Origin: Eledone cirrhosa
Lineage: Eukaryota
Direction of reading: 5' to 3'
Length of the DNA stretch: 64,000 bases
NCBI GenBank assembly: GCA_964016885.1
Contig: OZ024746.1
Coordinates: 50,158,001 to 50,222,000 of the forward strand
This document shows, piece after piece, positions 63,439-64,000 of the stretch. Position 1 is the stretch's first letter; every line of letters begins with the position of its first letter. The notes beneath the pieces are model-generated. The model was given only the letters and a program-made list of their open reading frames with translations, was not told where the DNA came from and ran no database searches. Both the position numbers and the translations under genes were made by a program.

Positions 63439-64000
63439 ATAAAAATGTTCTAATGCAGTTTATATATAATATCGTCTTTGTTTTAATGCGTAGTGGAACT
63501 ACGTCGCACCTCGCAATAGCAACATTTGCATACGCAATAATGTCAAACTGACCAATGGGAGGTTGCGTATGAATACATGGTCAATCTCACTCTCTTGTTA
63601 AAAACCTGAGACAGTACTCGAGATGCCAGACAGACCGAGTTGACGCGCGAAGATTTATCTATAAAATTGTGACCTGACTGTAAAGAATACATCCTTCACA
63701 CACATAAAAAAATGTCGAGCTTACAATAACACAATATTTTGTTCGCACATGGCATTTTTGTCCAATGTGGCGACTCACCACCTCCTTCTTCATCACTTAT
63801 TCCCGCGCTTTTACTTTGGCCAACATAAGCGCACTCTTTACTGTTTCAAGGATACTACAGAACTTAAAAAATTATTTTTGCATGTTTTGTTCGCAACTAT
63901 TTTGTTAAAGTTTACGAATGTCTTTGATGTTCACCTTGGCGACAATACACCTACACAGCTCTTATGGAGGATGAGAGAGCTGGCGGAAGACGCACCGGCC

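Overview
This is eukaryotic, probably invertebrate-animal, repetitive DNA with no host gene visible. About 70% of the window is one strand-asymmetric G/T-rich satellite (~37-bp dimer TTTTTTATTTGGGTGCCCG + TTTTTTATGGGGGGTCCG) with higher-order duplications, and nearly all ORFs in the track are artefacts of it. The satellite is interrupted by (TA)n islands that hold three kinds of insert. The first is two decayed Penelope-like retroelements (RT + C-terminal GIY-YIG), each with a type I hammerhead ribozyme and an inverted 5' copy of its 3' end. The second is two divergent subfamilies of a non-coding 520-560 bp tandem repeat, each unit carrying an unusual extended hammerhead whose stems I and II covary between subfamilies; it also has an extra hairpin and a pseudoknot in loop II. 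The third is several short recurring structured modules. The right end holds fragments of an APE-type LINE, a CRE-type retrotransposon, a pogo/Tigger-like terminus and a Merlin (ISXO2-like) transposase. The best candidate for an undescribed system is a (TA)n-targeted, retrozyme-like family probably mobilised by Penelope-like RT. All RNA structures were derived by eye, not computed.
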